A stretch of DNA of 63,600 nt from Ginglymostoma cirratum (taxonomy: Eukaryota). The DNA is taken from NCBI GenBank assembly GCA_024137785.1, contig JAHRHZ010000118.1, forward strand, positions 1 through 63,600. Direction: 5' to 3'. The position numbers and the translations under genes are program-made. Within the stretch, counting starts at the first letter, position 1. Each line of letters starts with the position of its first letter. Below, one piece after another: positions 11,729 to 23,514 of the stretch. The notes below the pieces were generated by a model. The model was not told the origin of the DNA, did no database searches, and saw only the letters and a list, made by a program, of their open reading frames with translations.

Positions 11729-14299
11729 ATAATTCTTAAAATACTTTTACAGCTGTCTTCTCTTTGTTAAAACTGTGCTCCTGCTAACTGCCTTAGCTAG
11801 TGCTGGGTTGGTATGTTTGGCCAGGGTGCTACCATGTACACCGGTAATCTGGGCCAGGGAAGACTCTCACTATCTGGCCATGTGTGTGTGTGACTGCCTG
11901 ATGAGGATAGGATTTGGATTTTCATGTTGTCATGGTTAGCCTGACTCCATCTGTTATATGGGCCCACACCTGAAAAATAGCTACTTTGATGTGTCAGAGA
12001 GCACTAGCACCTGTGGCTGACTCTAAAGGTGACCGGGTCACCTGGTGTCAGATCCCTACATCTTCCCCTTACACATTCCTCCTTCTCAGATAACCAAATT
12101 CCCTTTTCAATGCCTCTGTTGAATCTGCTCCAGTCCACACTGTGCATTTCAGATTCTAAATGCTTGCTGCATCAACAGGTAATTTGTGTCTCCATTGCTT
12201 ATTTTGCCAATTACCTGAAATCTATGCCGTCTGGTATTGGATGCTGCCACTATGGGAACAGTTTGTCTGCAGAAACTGACCCCTCATGATACCTTTATGA
12301 AATCTCATATTGATTACTATAAGTGAACTAAGTTTCTTGCCATTATTTGATGGTTGATTGACTTGTTTGATTCTAGGCACCTAAGTCTGGATACATTCAG
12401 TTCAGGCTTGAAAAGAGTGGGATTGTGGTTTGGAGAGATATCCTATCAAAGTTGAAACTTGTGAATTTCTACGTTGGGTTTCCAGTTAGTTTTTCTGCTC
12501 AATCCTCTTCTACTCAACTCCAGAAGGTGCTTTTCTTTTTGTTTTAAATCTATCTTTCTAATCAACCTGTTCAAGAGATGCTGTGACACATCTCTACAGC
12601 AGATGGGGCTTGAATCCAGGCCTCCTGGTCCAGGGACAGGGGCACTACTACTGCACCACAAGAGGGCCCCTGAAGATGCTGGTACACACTCCCAAATCAA
12701 TGCAGAATTAGCTGCTTTTCTGTTCTGCTTAGCCAAGAATAGATTGGAGCAAAGGAGTGAAGGTCAGTCATGATACCTGAGCTCCAGAGAACATGTTCAA
12801 AATTATGTTTAAATCCCCTATCTTCCTCTACCCTGCTCCAGTTCCACAACCCTGAGGTATCTGCACTCTTTGATTTCTGACCAGCTGCTAATTCCTGGTT
12901 TAACTGGTCCACCACTCCTTTAGGCATTTAGGAACTAAGTTCTGGAATTGCTTCCTGATAACTCTCTGCCTTTGCTCCTTTCTCAGATATTGCTTTTTAA
13001 AAATAAGACCTTTTCTTTGAGCAAGATTTTGATCCTAAAGTCCTTGTGTTGCTCATTGTCTTGCTGTTTGGCAATTGCTCCTATGAAGCACCTTGGGATG
13101 CTTTGCTATATTAAAGCAACTATATAAATGCAAGATGTTGTTGCAAAACAGCGTTTTTGTGACAGGATTGGATTGGAAAAACTTGACCAAAATTGTCCTT
13201 GATATTTTGTATAATTTTTAATCATCTCTCTGTCAAATTGCTGCCAGCAAATTTGATTTAAATTGGATGATTGCCATAATGGTGAATGTCTCCTACCCAA
13301 ACAATGGCTTGTTGTTGGGAGTGATTCTTGCAAAATAGGAATAACAAGGTATTGCAGAATGCTGACTCATCGTATAAATTTCTTGTGATATGAATTTCTC
13401 TTTGAAAGCACTTTCCAGTAATCTCTATATGACAAGCCTTCTGGAAAGCCTTCTTCTAAAAGAATTTGACTGCACAGTAAGTCATCAACTCTTCAAATTG
13501 GCCAGTTGCGTGTGGCAAAACTGAAGATACCAGCCCATTAGCTTTCAACTTCCACTCAGGAATAGGTTCTGTAAGCATTGATCCTACTGGAATATGGATT
13601 TGACAGAGGTGTCAGCGAACTGTGCAGTACAAGTCCCATACAGAAATATTCTCATTGTGTGAGCAAGTACCTATGAGCGCAGAAATGAAAAGTGGCCTCA
13701 TGAGGTGATGGAGGGTATTGTACAAGGGCTACATAGTATGATTGGGTGAAGAAGGGAGTGGATGTAGCTCAAAGAAAACTGGCATATCAGTAATAGGCCT
13801 TACATTGATCGATTGCCAAAACAAAAACCTGATTTTACAAAGCATCTTTGTGTACTGCTATACTCCCACTAGTGCTGTGGGAATTTGCTCATGTATGTGA
13901 CTGAGCAGGCAAGAATCTGATTTTATGTCTCATTGTATAAGGTCACTTCTGATAATGCATCATTCCATCAGTATCATTTGTGGCTTAAGTGCCAAAGTGG
14001 GAGCATGGACCCCACAACCTTCAACCTAGAGATCAGAATGCTACCCAACTGAGTGACAATGACATGTGGTTAGTAGAGTTCTCCATATCAACTCTATTAT
14101 ACTTGCACATACTATTTATAGGGCTTGCTGTTTAAGTGATAAAACATTGCAGATCGATAGGTGCAAGGGTGCTTTTTAAACGATAAAGTTGCTTTCTACT
14201 TTATCCAGTGAACAATAAAGCTTTTACCAAAATTCCTCAGCTTTTTATAATGGGAGTTGTCAGGGGGATTACCTAAAACCAGCATTTTTCACTCCCAAG

Positions 14300-14700
14300 G
14301 GTAGATGCAGCACAGGGTTAAATAAAGGTTAAACACAAAGTAAAGTTCCCTCAACACTGTCCCCACAAACAATCCTAGGACGGGGGTGGGGTGGGGTGGG
14401 GTGGGGTGGGGTGGGGTGGGGTTAGATACAAAGTAAAACTTCCTCTACTCTTTTAAACTGAATGCAAAGCTTCCTTGATACTGTCCCCATCAAACATTCC
14501 CAGGACAAGTACAGCATGAGCTAAGAAACAGAATACAGCACACAACTCTTTTAAACTGAAAGGAAAGCTGTCTCTACACTGTTATATCAAGCATTCCCAG
14601 GACAGATATAGCATGTACTTTAGATACAGAGCAAAGCTACCTCAATACTGTCCTCATCAGTTACTCCCAAGACAGGGATTAGATACAGATTAAGGATCCC
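14300..14700 (+). repeat. Degenerate ~65-70-bp satellite-like repeat containing (GGGGT)8; same family on the minus strand at ~58300-58745
   Basis: Recurring gttagatacagagtaaagct.cctctacactgtcc.catcaaaca.tcccaggaca. Confidence 0.75.
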
Positions 14701-15639
14701 GCAAGACAGCTTTCTTGCTTGGCAATTGGGAAACTCTACTCCCTTTGTGATTGTAACTTGCATCACCATGAGAAATTGGGTTGCTGCCCCTGGAGACTCC
14801 AGAAATTGAAAATTAGTTTCCAGTACTGCATCAAGTAAAACATTTTAAAATTACTTTTATTTGTTTAAAAAAAACTGAGAAGTTGGGTGGAGGAAGGTCT
14901 TTCAGTAATGGTCAAGCATAATTCAATTAGCAAATGAATTTATTTGCCTTCTGATTATGTGTGTGAAGGCAAGTTCTTGCAGTGATGAATGTGCTGAGTT
15001 ATCAATGATGATTATCTAAGAGTGAGCGGAATTTGGAGGCAGGAGATTGAGTAAGAGATCATCACCAGAGGTCTGTCCAAATAGACAGCTCCTGTAGTTG
15101 GTGGCAGCTGATTTCTTCTGGGTATGTCAGGGCAAACTTCTCCTTTCATTCTTAATCCACCTGAAATCTAGAGGTTGCTTTTATCAAGAGTGGATTTAAT
15201 TGAAGTATTTAAAATCATGATTGGTCTCAATAAAGTAGATAGGGGAAACTACTTCCACTAGTGTTTGGGTCAGTAACCAAAGGGCATGGGTTTAAGGTAA
15301 TTTCAAAGACTCTGGCACAGGAAAACAGACTGAAAACAAACTCTTTGTGTGGCATCATAAACAATTTAATGATTATGTCTTAAGTATTTGGTGCGTGGAG
15401 AGAATATAACCGCTTTGACTTCCAAAATCAGCAGCAAGCTGAGGGTTAAACAGCTTAAACTAGTCCAAAGTGTAAAAAACTTTCTGCAGTTACAAATTGT
15501 ATTGTTCAATCCAGGTTTTACTCCTTTAATGTTTTGAGACCCTATTGGAAGCTCCACAGCTCCATCTACAGGTATGTGCTTTCTTAGCTTATTGGGATCA
15601 GAGTTAAAAGATTCAGACAAACGGGAGAGATAATGACTA

Positions 15640-17205
15640 GAGATAGTAGGAACTGCCGTTGCTGGAGTCTGAGATAACAAGGTGTGGAGCTGAACACAGC
15701 AGGCCAGGCAGCATCAAAGGAGCAGGAAAGCTGACGTTTCGGGTTTGGACCCTTCTTCAGAAATGGGGGAGTGGGAGGGGAAGGGGACTCTGAAATCACA
15801 GGAGAGAGGGGGAGGTGGTGATTGAAAGTAGATGGTGGAGCAGATAGGTGGAGAGAAGACGGACAGGTCAAGGAGGTAGGGATGAAGCCAATAAAGGTGA
15901 GTGTAGGTAGGGAGTTTGGATGGGGGGCGGGGTTGGTCGGTGAGGGGGGGAGGGGCAGGTAGGTGGGAGGGAAGACGGACAGGTCAAGGAGGCTGGGATG
16001 AGGCTAGTAGAGGTGAGGTAAGTGTAGGTGGGGGTTGGTCAGTGACATGGGAGGAGCAGATAGGTGGGAGAAAAGATGAACAGGTCAAGCATGCAGGGAT
16101 GGCGGCGGGGGGGGGATGCTGGTCTTGGGATGAGGTCAGGAGTGGGAAGATTTTGAAGCCTGTAAAGTCCACATTGTGTTGTAGGGTTTCCAGGCAGAAT
16201 ATGGGGTGCTGGTCCTCCAGTTTTCAGGTGGCATCATTGTGGCACTGGAGGAGGCCCAGGATGGACATGTCCAAGAAGTGGGAGGGGGAGCTGAAATGGT
16301 ATGCGACTGTGAGGTGTTGTCGTTTGTCACGAAACAAGCGTAGGTGTTCCACAAAGCAGTCTCCAAGCCTCCGCTTGGTTTCGCCAATGTAGAGGATGCC
16401 ACAACGGGAACAGCGGATACGGTATAACACATTAGCGGATGTACAGGTGAACACCTGTTTAATGTGGAAGGCTCTCTTGGGGCCTGGGATGGGGGTGTGG
16501 TTACAGGGAAAGGTGCCGAGGGTGGTGGGGCTAGTGGGGATGTGGAATGGACGAGGAAGTCGCAGAGAGCGGTCCCTCTGGAAGGCAGATAAGGGTGGGG
16601 AGGGAAATATATCCTTGATAGTGGGGTTGGATTGCAGGTGGTGTAAATGGCGGAGAATGATGCATTGGATCTGGAGGTTGGTGGGGTGATATGTGAGGAC
16701 AAGGGGAATTCTGTCTTTGTTGTTATTGCAGAGAGGGGGTGTGAGGGCTGAGGTGCAGGAAACGCAAGAGATGTGGTCGAGGCTGTTTTTGACCACGGTG
16801 GGGGTGGGGAATTGCGGTCCTTGAAAAACGAGGACATTTGGGATGTCTGGGAGTGGAATGCCTCATCTTGGGAGCAGATGTGGCGGAGGTGAAGAAATTG
16901 GGAATAGGGGATAGAATTCTTGCAGGAAAGTAGGTGAGAGGAGGTGTAGGCTAGATAGCTGTGGGAGTCGGTGGGCTTGAAATAGATATCAGTTTCCAGG
17001 TGGTTACCAGAGATGGAGACAGAGAGGTCAAGGAAGGAGACAGAGGTATCAGAGATGGTCCAGGTGAACTTAGGGTTGGGGTGGAAGTTGTTTAGTAAAG
17101 TGGATGAACTGTTCGAGCTCCTCGTGGGAGCATGAGCCGCCGCCGATACAATCATCGATGTAACGGAGGAAGAGGTGGGGGATAGGGCCAGTGTAGCTGC
17201 AGTTA
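15640..17205 (-). mobile_element. Penelope-like retroelement (RT + GIY-YIG), 5'-truncated and frameshifted, with terminal repeat
   Basis: FLRYIDDCIG, FLDLSVSI...DIYFKPTDSHSYL (RT); CTSANVLYRIRCSRCGILYIGETKRRL (GIY-YIG); terminal hammerhead-like core at 15733-15760. Confidence 0.92.
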
Positions 17206-18334
17206 GGGTCTGTTCTTAGATGCTGGTTGAGAGATAAATATTGATCCAGAACACCAGGGAGAACTTTCCTACCCTTCTGTAGATCGTGTTTGGGATCCTT
17301 CACTAAGATGGAACTTTGGTTTATCATCTTAGTGCAATAAATTGATTAAGGCACAGTGTTTACATTGAGTCAGTCTACAGCACAGAAAATAGCCATTTAG
17401 CCCATATAGTCCATTCTGCTTTTTATGTGCAACAAACACCAACTTCCTTTCTAACCTATTGACTACCACCTGTCATATTTAAATAAACAATTAAGGGTAA
17501 TTTATGTTTGTTCATGTTGTACAAGGGGTTAAGCCTGAATATGTGATGTGCCAATGAGGCTTTTTTACGTCATCACAGAATGTGATGCAATGTCACCTGA
17601 TCTTGCTTTCTCTTGCCTTATGGCAAGATGAAGCCACAATAAAATATTTCTCAAATAACATTGATGCTTTCCATTCTTGTCTCTAGAAATATTCCTTAGT
17701 GGCACAATTACAATAAGAATATTATGGATGACAAGCCAATTTATCTGGATAATATGTTGCCCAAGCCGAAAGGTAAATGGCATCAGCTGTTGGATAGGCG
17801 TGGACAGGCCTGCATGAGTCAAAAAAGGAGGGCTGTTTCATGTGGGACTTGCCCTGGATGCGTTACAGCCAACATCCCTAACCTAGGCTGTCACGCCACA
17901 CCACCTTCTGTAATGCCTGTCTCAAAGAGCAACCCCCCTCACCCCAACACCCTCAGATCGAGATCCCCCCTCACCCAATAGCTACAGGATTTATGTTTTC
18001 AGGGCAGTTGTGAACCGCTTTAGGCTTCTTACTGCTCTGCTGCCAGTGGCCTCCTCCAGGAGTGATGGAACTGCTAGCCAGTCAAACTAGCTACCCATTC
18101 CTGAGGACAAGACTTGCCGTCGGCGAGGGGTGAAATTAGTTCCACTATTAAACAAGTTAGCCTGCTTGTAGCGTGTTGTGCTAATGGCTTTCTCGTGCAT
18201 TTCCTCTGACTCCACTCCTTCAAATGCAGTCCCATCTATCCACCTCAATGATTCCCTGAGATTCCCTATTTTCACCACCTTATAGTTAAAGAAATTTCTC
18301 ATGTATTCCCCACATGATTCACCAACTTTTACAG

Positions 18335-18715
18335 ATGCAACATTGATGCATTGATGCACAGCCCAGACCATCGCAGAAGCTAACCTTCCATTCATGAACT
18401 CCATTTACACAGCCCACTACCACAGAAAGGCTGCCAACATCATCAAAGACCCATCGCACCCAGGTTATTCTCTACTACAACCTCTTCCACCAGGCAGTAC
18501 AGAAGCTTGAACACAGACCAGCAGGTTCGAGAACAGCTTCTTCCCTGCTGTTATTGCTGAATGGACTGTCTAACTTCAAATAATGCTGATCTTTCCTAGC
18601 ACATGCCCTGGCGCTGTCACTTGTATGCCTCTGCCCAGTTTCTTTCATCCTATGATCTGCTTGTAAACAAATCTTTTTACTGTACTTGGGTACATGTGAC
18701 AATAAATCAATCAAA
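18335..18715 (+). mobile_element. Rex1/Babar-like LINE 3' fragment (also ~59550-59850, minus)
   Basis: Homologous to the 3' part of 52950-54085 (KAANIIKDPSHP; caataaatcaa tail). Confidence 0.7.
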
Positions 18716-18735
18716 CAGCAACAGTCCTGCATCAA

Positions 18736-18946
18736 GAGATAGTAAGAACTGTCGATGCTGGAGTCAGAGATAACACAGTGTTTGAGCTGGAGGAACACAG
18801 CTGGTCAGGCAGCATCAGAGGAGCAGGAAAGTTGATGTTTCAGGTCTGAAGAAGGGTCCCGACTCAAAACATCAACTTTCCTATTCCTCTGATGCTGCTT
18901 GACCCGCTGTTTTCCTCCAGCTCCACACTGTATTATCTCTATTTAT
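18736..18946. mobile_element. Fold-back Penelope-derived mini-element with 16-bp TSD
   Basis: Inverted arms of the Penelope terminal repeat; AACAGTCCTGCATCAA at 18720-18735 and 18947-18962. Confidence 0.85.
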
Positions 18947-19019
18947 AACAGTCCTGCATCAATTACTTTTACTTGCAATGTAAACATTTTCTTTACAACT
19001 TTTCAAACTCCTTCAAACA

Positions 19020-20185
19020 AGAGTATGAACTAGGAGCTGGTGTAGATTATGTAGTCCCTTGCGCCTGCTCCATCATTTAATAAGATCATCTCATTGAAAT
19101 CTAAAATCCAAGTTCCTGCTTACCCCCAATGACCTTTCACACCTTTTTCACTAAGAATCAATCTACTTCTGTCTTAAAAAATATTCAATGTCTTAGCTTC
19201 TGCTACCTTTTCAGGAAGAGAAATTGTGAAGACTCTCAATCCACTGTGAGGAAAAAAAAGTTCTCATCTGTTTAAATAGGCCACCACATATTTTAAACAG
19301 TGGCCTGTGGTTCAATATTTTTTCATAACAGGAAACAGTCCTCTCATGCATCTGTAAAGACCCCTCAGGACCTTACAAGTTATGATCAAGACTCCTCTTA
19401 CTCTTCCAAACTCCAGTGGATACTGGCCTACCCTGTGCAACCTTTTCTCACAAGCCAATCTGCCCATTCCAGTTATTAGTCTGATAAATCTCTGATTTGC
19501 TTCCAATGTATTTACATCCTTCGTTAACTACAGTGAAGAATACTGCACACAGTTCTCCAAATGTGGTCTCACCAGTGCCCTGCATTACTGAAGTATAGCT
19601 TCCCTACTTTTGCATTCAATTTTCCACACAATAAATAATAATCTATTAGCTTTCCTAATTACTTGTTGTACCTGCATACTGCCCTTTTATGATTAATTCA
19701 TTAGGAACCCAGAACCATCCGCGTCTTGGAGCTCTGCAATCTCTCACCATTCAGGTAGTTTGATATTTTACAAAATTCTTCCTGTCAAAATGGACAATTT
19801 CACATTTTCACATGTTCACATGTTATACTCCACTTGCCAGATATTTGCCCACTAGTTTAACCAATCTAAAGCCTTTCGTAACCTTTTTATGTCCTCTTTA
19901 CAACTTACTTATGTGTAATTAGCAAATTTTGCAACCATACCTTCCATCCCCACATCCAAGTCATTTATATAATTTGTAAAAAGTTGAGATCCCAGCACTG
20001 ATCCCTGTGGCACACCATTCATTACGCCCTGTCAACTGGAAAAAGGCTTTTTTATGTCTCCTCTCTGCTTCCTGTTATCCAGCTGATTTTCTATCCATTT
20101 CAATATGTTTCGGCTACACCATGTGGTTTTGTTTTCCACAATAAAAATGAAGAGATTTGATATGGCACTTTATCAAATGCCTTCA
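19020..20185 (-). mobile_element. Degenerate CR1-like LINE (RT to 3' end)
   Basis: Reverse strand gives PQGSVLG and ...QRFIRLITGM...L.RVG.YPLEF.R.RG.LI remnants. Confidence 0.8.
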
Positions 20186-20867
20186 TAATCTTAAAGACCT
20201 TGTTCATGTCTGGAGGAGAGTCCCACTAAACCTGCTTATCCTTTTCTGACCTGCATATCTCTCAAATTGATGAGAATTAGATAGAAATGAACAGTGTAAG
20301 GAAATTCATTCCTCAAGTATGACGCAAAAAACAGATTATCAGGTCACTGCCAAATTGTTGTTTGTGGGATGTTGCTGTGTGCAAATTGGATGTTGTATTT
20401 TCTATAATGACAACAGTAATGAGATTTTTGCTGTAAAGTGCAGTGAGATATGCTGAGGTTGTGAAGGGCATTAAAGAAATGCTTGTTTTTGTTTTCTTTG
20501 GTCAAAATCATAGATGTGATTGTAATAGAGTTTAGACAAAGTGAGATAGATGGGCCAAATGCCCTTTTCCTACTTTGAATTTGCATTATTTTCCTTGCTG
20601 AATTGTCCAGCTATTTGTCTGCAGGAGTAATTGCAATTAAGCCTGTTACAGATTAGAGTGTGCTCACTCAAATCATTTATATTACAAACTTGGGGTATGT
20701 CGCTCTCTAAATGATTTAATCTTCCCTTTGCATGTGCCAGAGCTGGTGAGTCCTGCTGTCATCTCCCTGAAACTACAGTGGATAAAACAAGACAACTTGA
20801 TCATCAAGGGAACCTATCAACACTGCATTATGATGTACAGTCAACTTCATTCCAAGAAATAGTCCTG

Positions 20868-21082
20868 TTATTCCTTCAAGCGATAGTTTGTCACATCAGC
20901 CTGTGCAGGATGGTCTCTGCTATTTCCAGCACCAACTTGATCACCACTCTGTTGTTCAGAAAGGATCATCGTGCAGATGAGAAAGCTCGGAAGGAAGAAC
21001 AGGATGAGTGATCCTGCTAGGATGAAGCCACCTGCAGTCATGAAGGATATGGTGTAACTTCCTGTTAGGTCCTCCAGAAACC
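20868..21082 (-). CDS. SLC16A11: SLC16A11/13-like terminal coding exon 4
   Basis: cccacttag|GG TTT CTG GAG GAC...GFLEDLTGSYTISFMTAGGFILAGS...RLKE*. Spliced CDS 205+144+789+215=1353 nt = 450 aa, no frameshift. Confidence 0.8.
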
Positions 21083-21942
21083 CTAAGTGGGAGAGACAAA
21101 TTAGAAGCACAAGTCACTAAACTCAATGTTTAATCTTTATCATAGTTGCAGCCTCAACCTCTTCATTCCTGGTTTTGATGGCTCAGAGCCACACCTATTA
21201 AAGGACGTTAGAACAAAATGCTTGGCTTGAAGGATAGAGATGAAGTGTACAAAAACAAACAAGAAAGTTATGCAGTTGATAAGAACTGTGCACACAACAA
21301 GTTATGTCCTAGAATTCGCTGCCTGCAAGAATGGAGGTAGCAGATTCAACAGCAACATTCAAATGAGAAATCAACAAATAATTGAGAGAGCAAATTAATA
21401 ATGCTCTGAGCAAAGAGCAGAGGGTGCAGGATTAATTGCATAACTTTTTCAAAGGTACAGAGACAATGACCAATTGTGATGAATGTTCTTTTTCCCCTTC
21501 AGATCTCAGCCCGAAGATAGAAGTTCAATCAACAATACCACAACTTCAATGAAGGAGGCAGGAACGTGAATATATCCTAGCTGAAACAGGGATCAAATTC
21601 CGTACTGGCACAATCTGATCCATAGCAGCCAGCTGAGCCAACCAACCTTCAACCCATAAGGGTTTGCTACTACCACATGTACCACCAGACCTACACAATT
21701 TTATATTGATTCAGTCCAGTGTCACTTATAGTTGGGTTTGCTTTATCATGAGGGAACTTAAATACACCAGGAAGTGGTGATTGATAGGACTCTATCTCCA
21801 GACACCAATAACCAATCCCAGCCAGTAAACCTCTGTGAAACATTATTATAACACATACATCTGACAGAGCTCCATAGAGATACAGTTGTAGCCAACTATA
21901 TATAGTCAATATCATATTAGAAAAAAAGGATCTCTAAAGCAT

Positions 21943-22160
21943 GAGATAACGAGAAGTAGAGCTGGATGAACACAGCAAGCTAGGCAGCATCAGAGAAGCA
22001 GGAAAGCTGACGTTTCGGGTCTGGACCCTTCTTTTCTGAAGAAGGGTCCAGACCCGAAATGTCAGCTTTCCTGCTCCTCTAATGCTGCCTGGCCTGCTGG
22101 GTTCATCCAGCTCTACGCCTTGTTATGTCAGATTCTCCAGCATCAGCAATTCCTACTATC
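21943..22160. mobile_element. Fold-back Penelope-derived mini-element with ~13-bp TSD
   Basis: Near-perfect inverted arms centred at ~22034; ATCTCTAAAGCAT at 21930-21942 and 22158-22170. Confidence 0.88.
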
Positions 22161-23514
22161 TCTAAAGCATTCTTTAAATAAGTTTTATCCATGTCATTTT
22201 TCTGCCTACAAGATTTATTTAACACTTGTAACTGGATAGTTCAAATTCATAAATTCAAAACTGGACAAATTAGAAACAGAAATCTGTTTTTTCCCCCTTC
22301 AGCACCTTTCACAGGATGTCCAAAAGTACTTGACAGCAAATGAACCACTTCTGAAGTGAGGTCACACAAATAGGTAAAATCATTTACTCATAATCCTGTG
22401 AGGGGTTTGACATCTTTTGACTTTAGTTATCTTTCCTAAAGTTTCAATTTGAACATGATGAAAGAATCTAGTGGTGGATTTGGGACATTCAGCCGTGCCA
22501 GAAAGAGACCCCAAGGTGGAGTGGGAGAAAATTGGATTCATTTGTCCACGGGCTGGAGAAACCCTGGCACTAAGTGGCCAATACCACTCCCAGGAAAGAG
22601 AGTCCTCGCCTCATCCAGGAAACTAGGCCCCACTGCCGCACGGTTCCTGCTGCTGGCCCCAATTGGAAAATTAAGCTCTAGGTGAAGATTTAGTGAGTGG
22701 TTTGGTAACACAGAAGTTGAATATTGCCAAAAGAAAAATGACACACTGGCAAAACCTTTTGTATTGCACTCATACAGCCTGCCTGTTGTTGCGATGTAAT
22801 GGCTATGTATCTGGCATCGCACCACACTGAATTTTATACATCAAATTACTCATTTATGCACTTGGAAAAACTTCTTTTAAAATTGAATTACTGCTGATAA
22901 ATATATTCATTTTGTTGTAATTTCATTGGCAGCATGTTCTAATTTTAAAACAATTATTTCTTGTTTGCCTAAATTCCAACCAGATTCTTTTAGAAACCTG
23001 AGATGTTATACTTTCTATGTGTCACATCATTCATCTATGGCACTTTCTTTAAATGGTTTTCTGCCTTGTTTGCAGGAGGGTTTTGGTCCAAAGTACTTGA
23101 ATGGTGTTCACAGATGCTGAGTTAGGGTCAGGTTATATTGCTGTACTAGATCCTGACAGCAGGAGAATTGACGTCTGAGCCTTATCAATCTTAATAAGAG
23201 AGTGCTTTATGATAATTTAGGGGAACTGAAGTGAACTGCTATGACATACTAGCAAATTGTCCAATAATGAACACAGAACAGCATTTCAAAGTTCAACCTG
23301 AATTTTTGTCTATTCTACTCTCATAGTATTTTCAAATGGATCAAATTAGCTCTTTCTTTTGCTCCTACAAAAATTTTCTCTATGATAGGGACGTCCCCAC
23401 TAATGGATCTCCAAAGGAGGTGAGGGTGTGAGATGATATGGGGCAGAAGGAGCCTGCTGCCCTTTCCAAAAGGGTCCTTCTATAGACTACCACTGGAGGA
23501 ACACCTCCATGAAG

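Noticed and set aside
11895-11930. CTGATGAG as another hammerhead
   Set aside because: No helix II or downstream GAAA.
13150-13620. Possible DNA-transposon (hAT-like) relic
   Set aside because: No convincing motif, terminal inverted repeats or TSD could be read.
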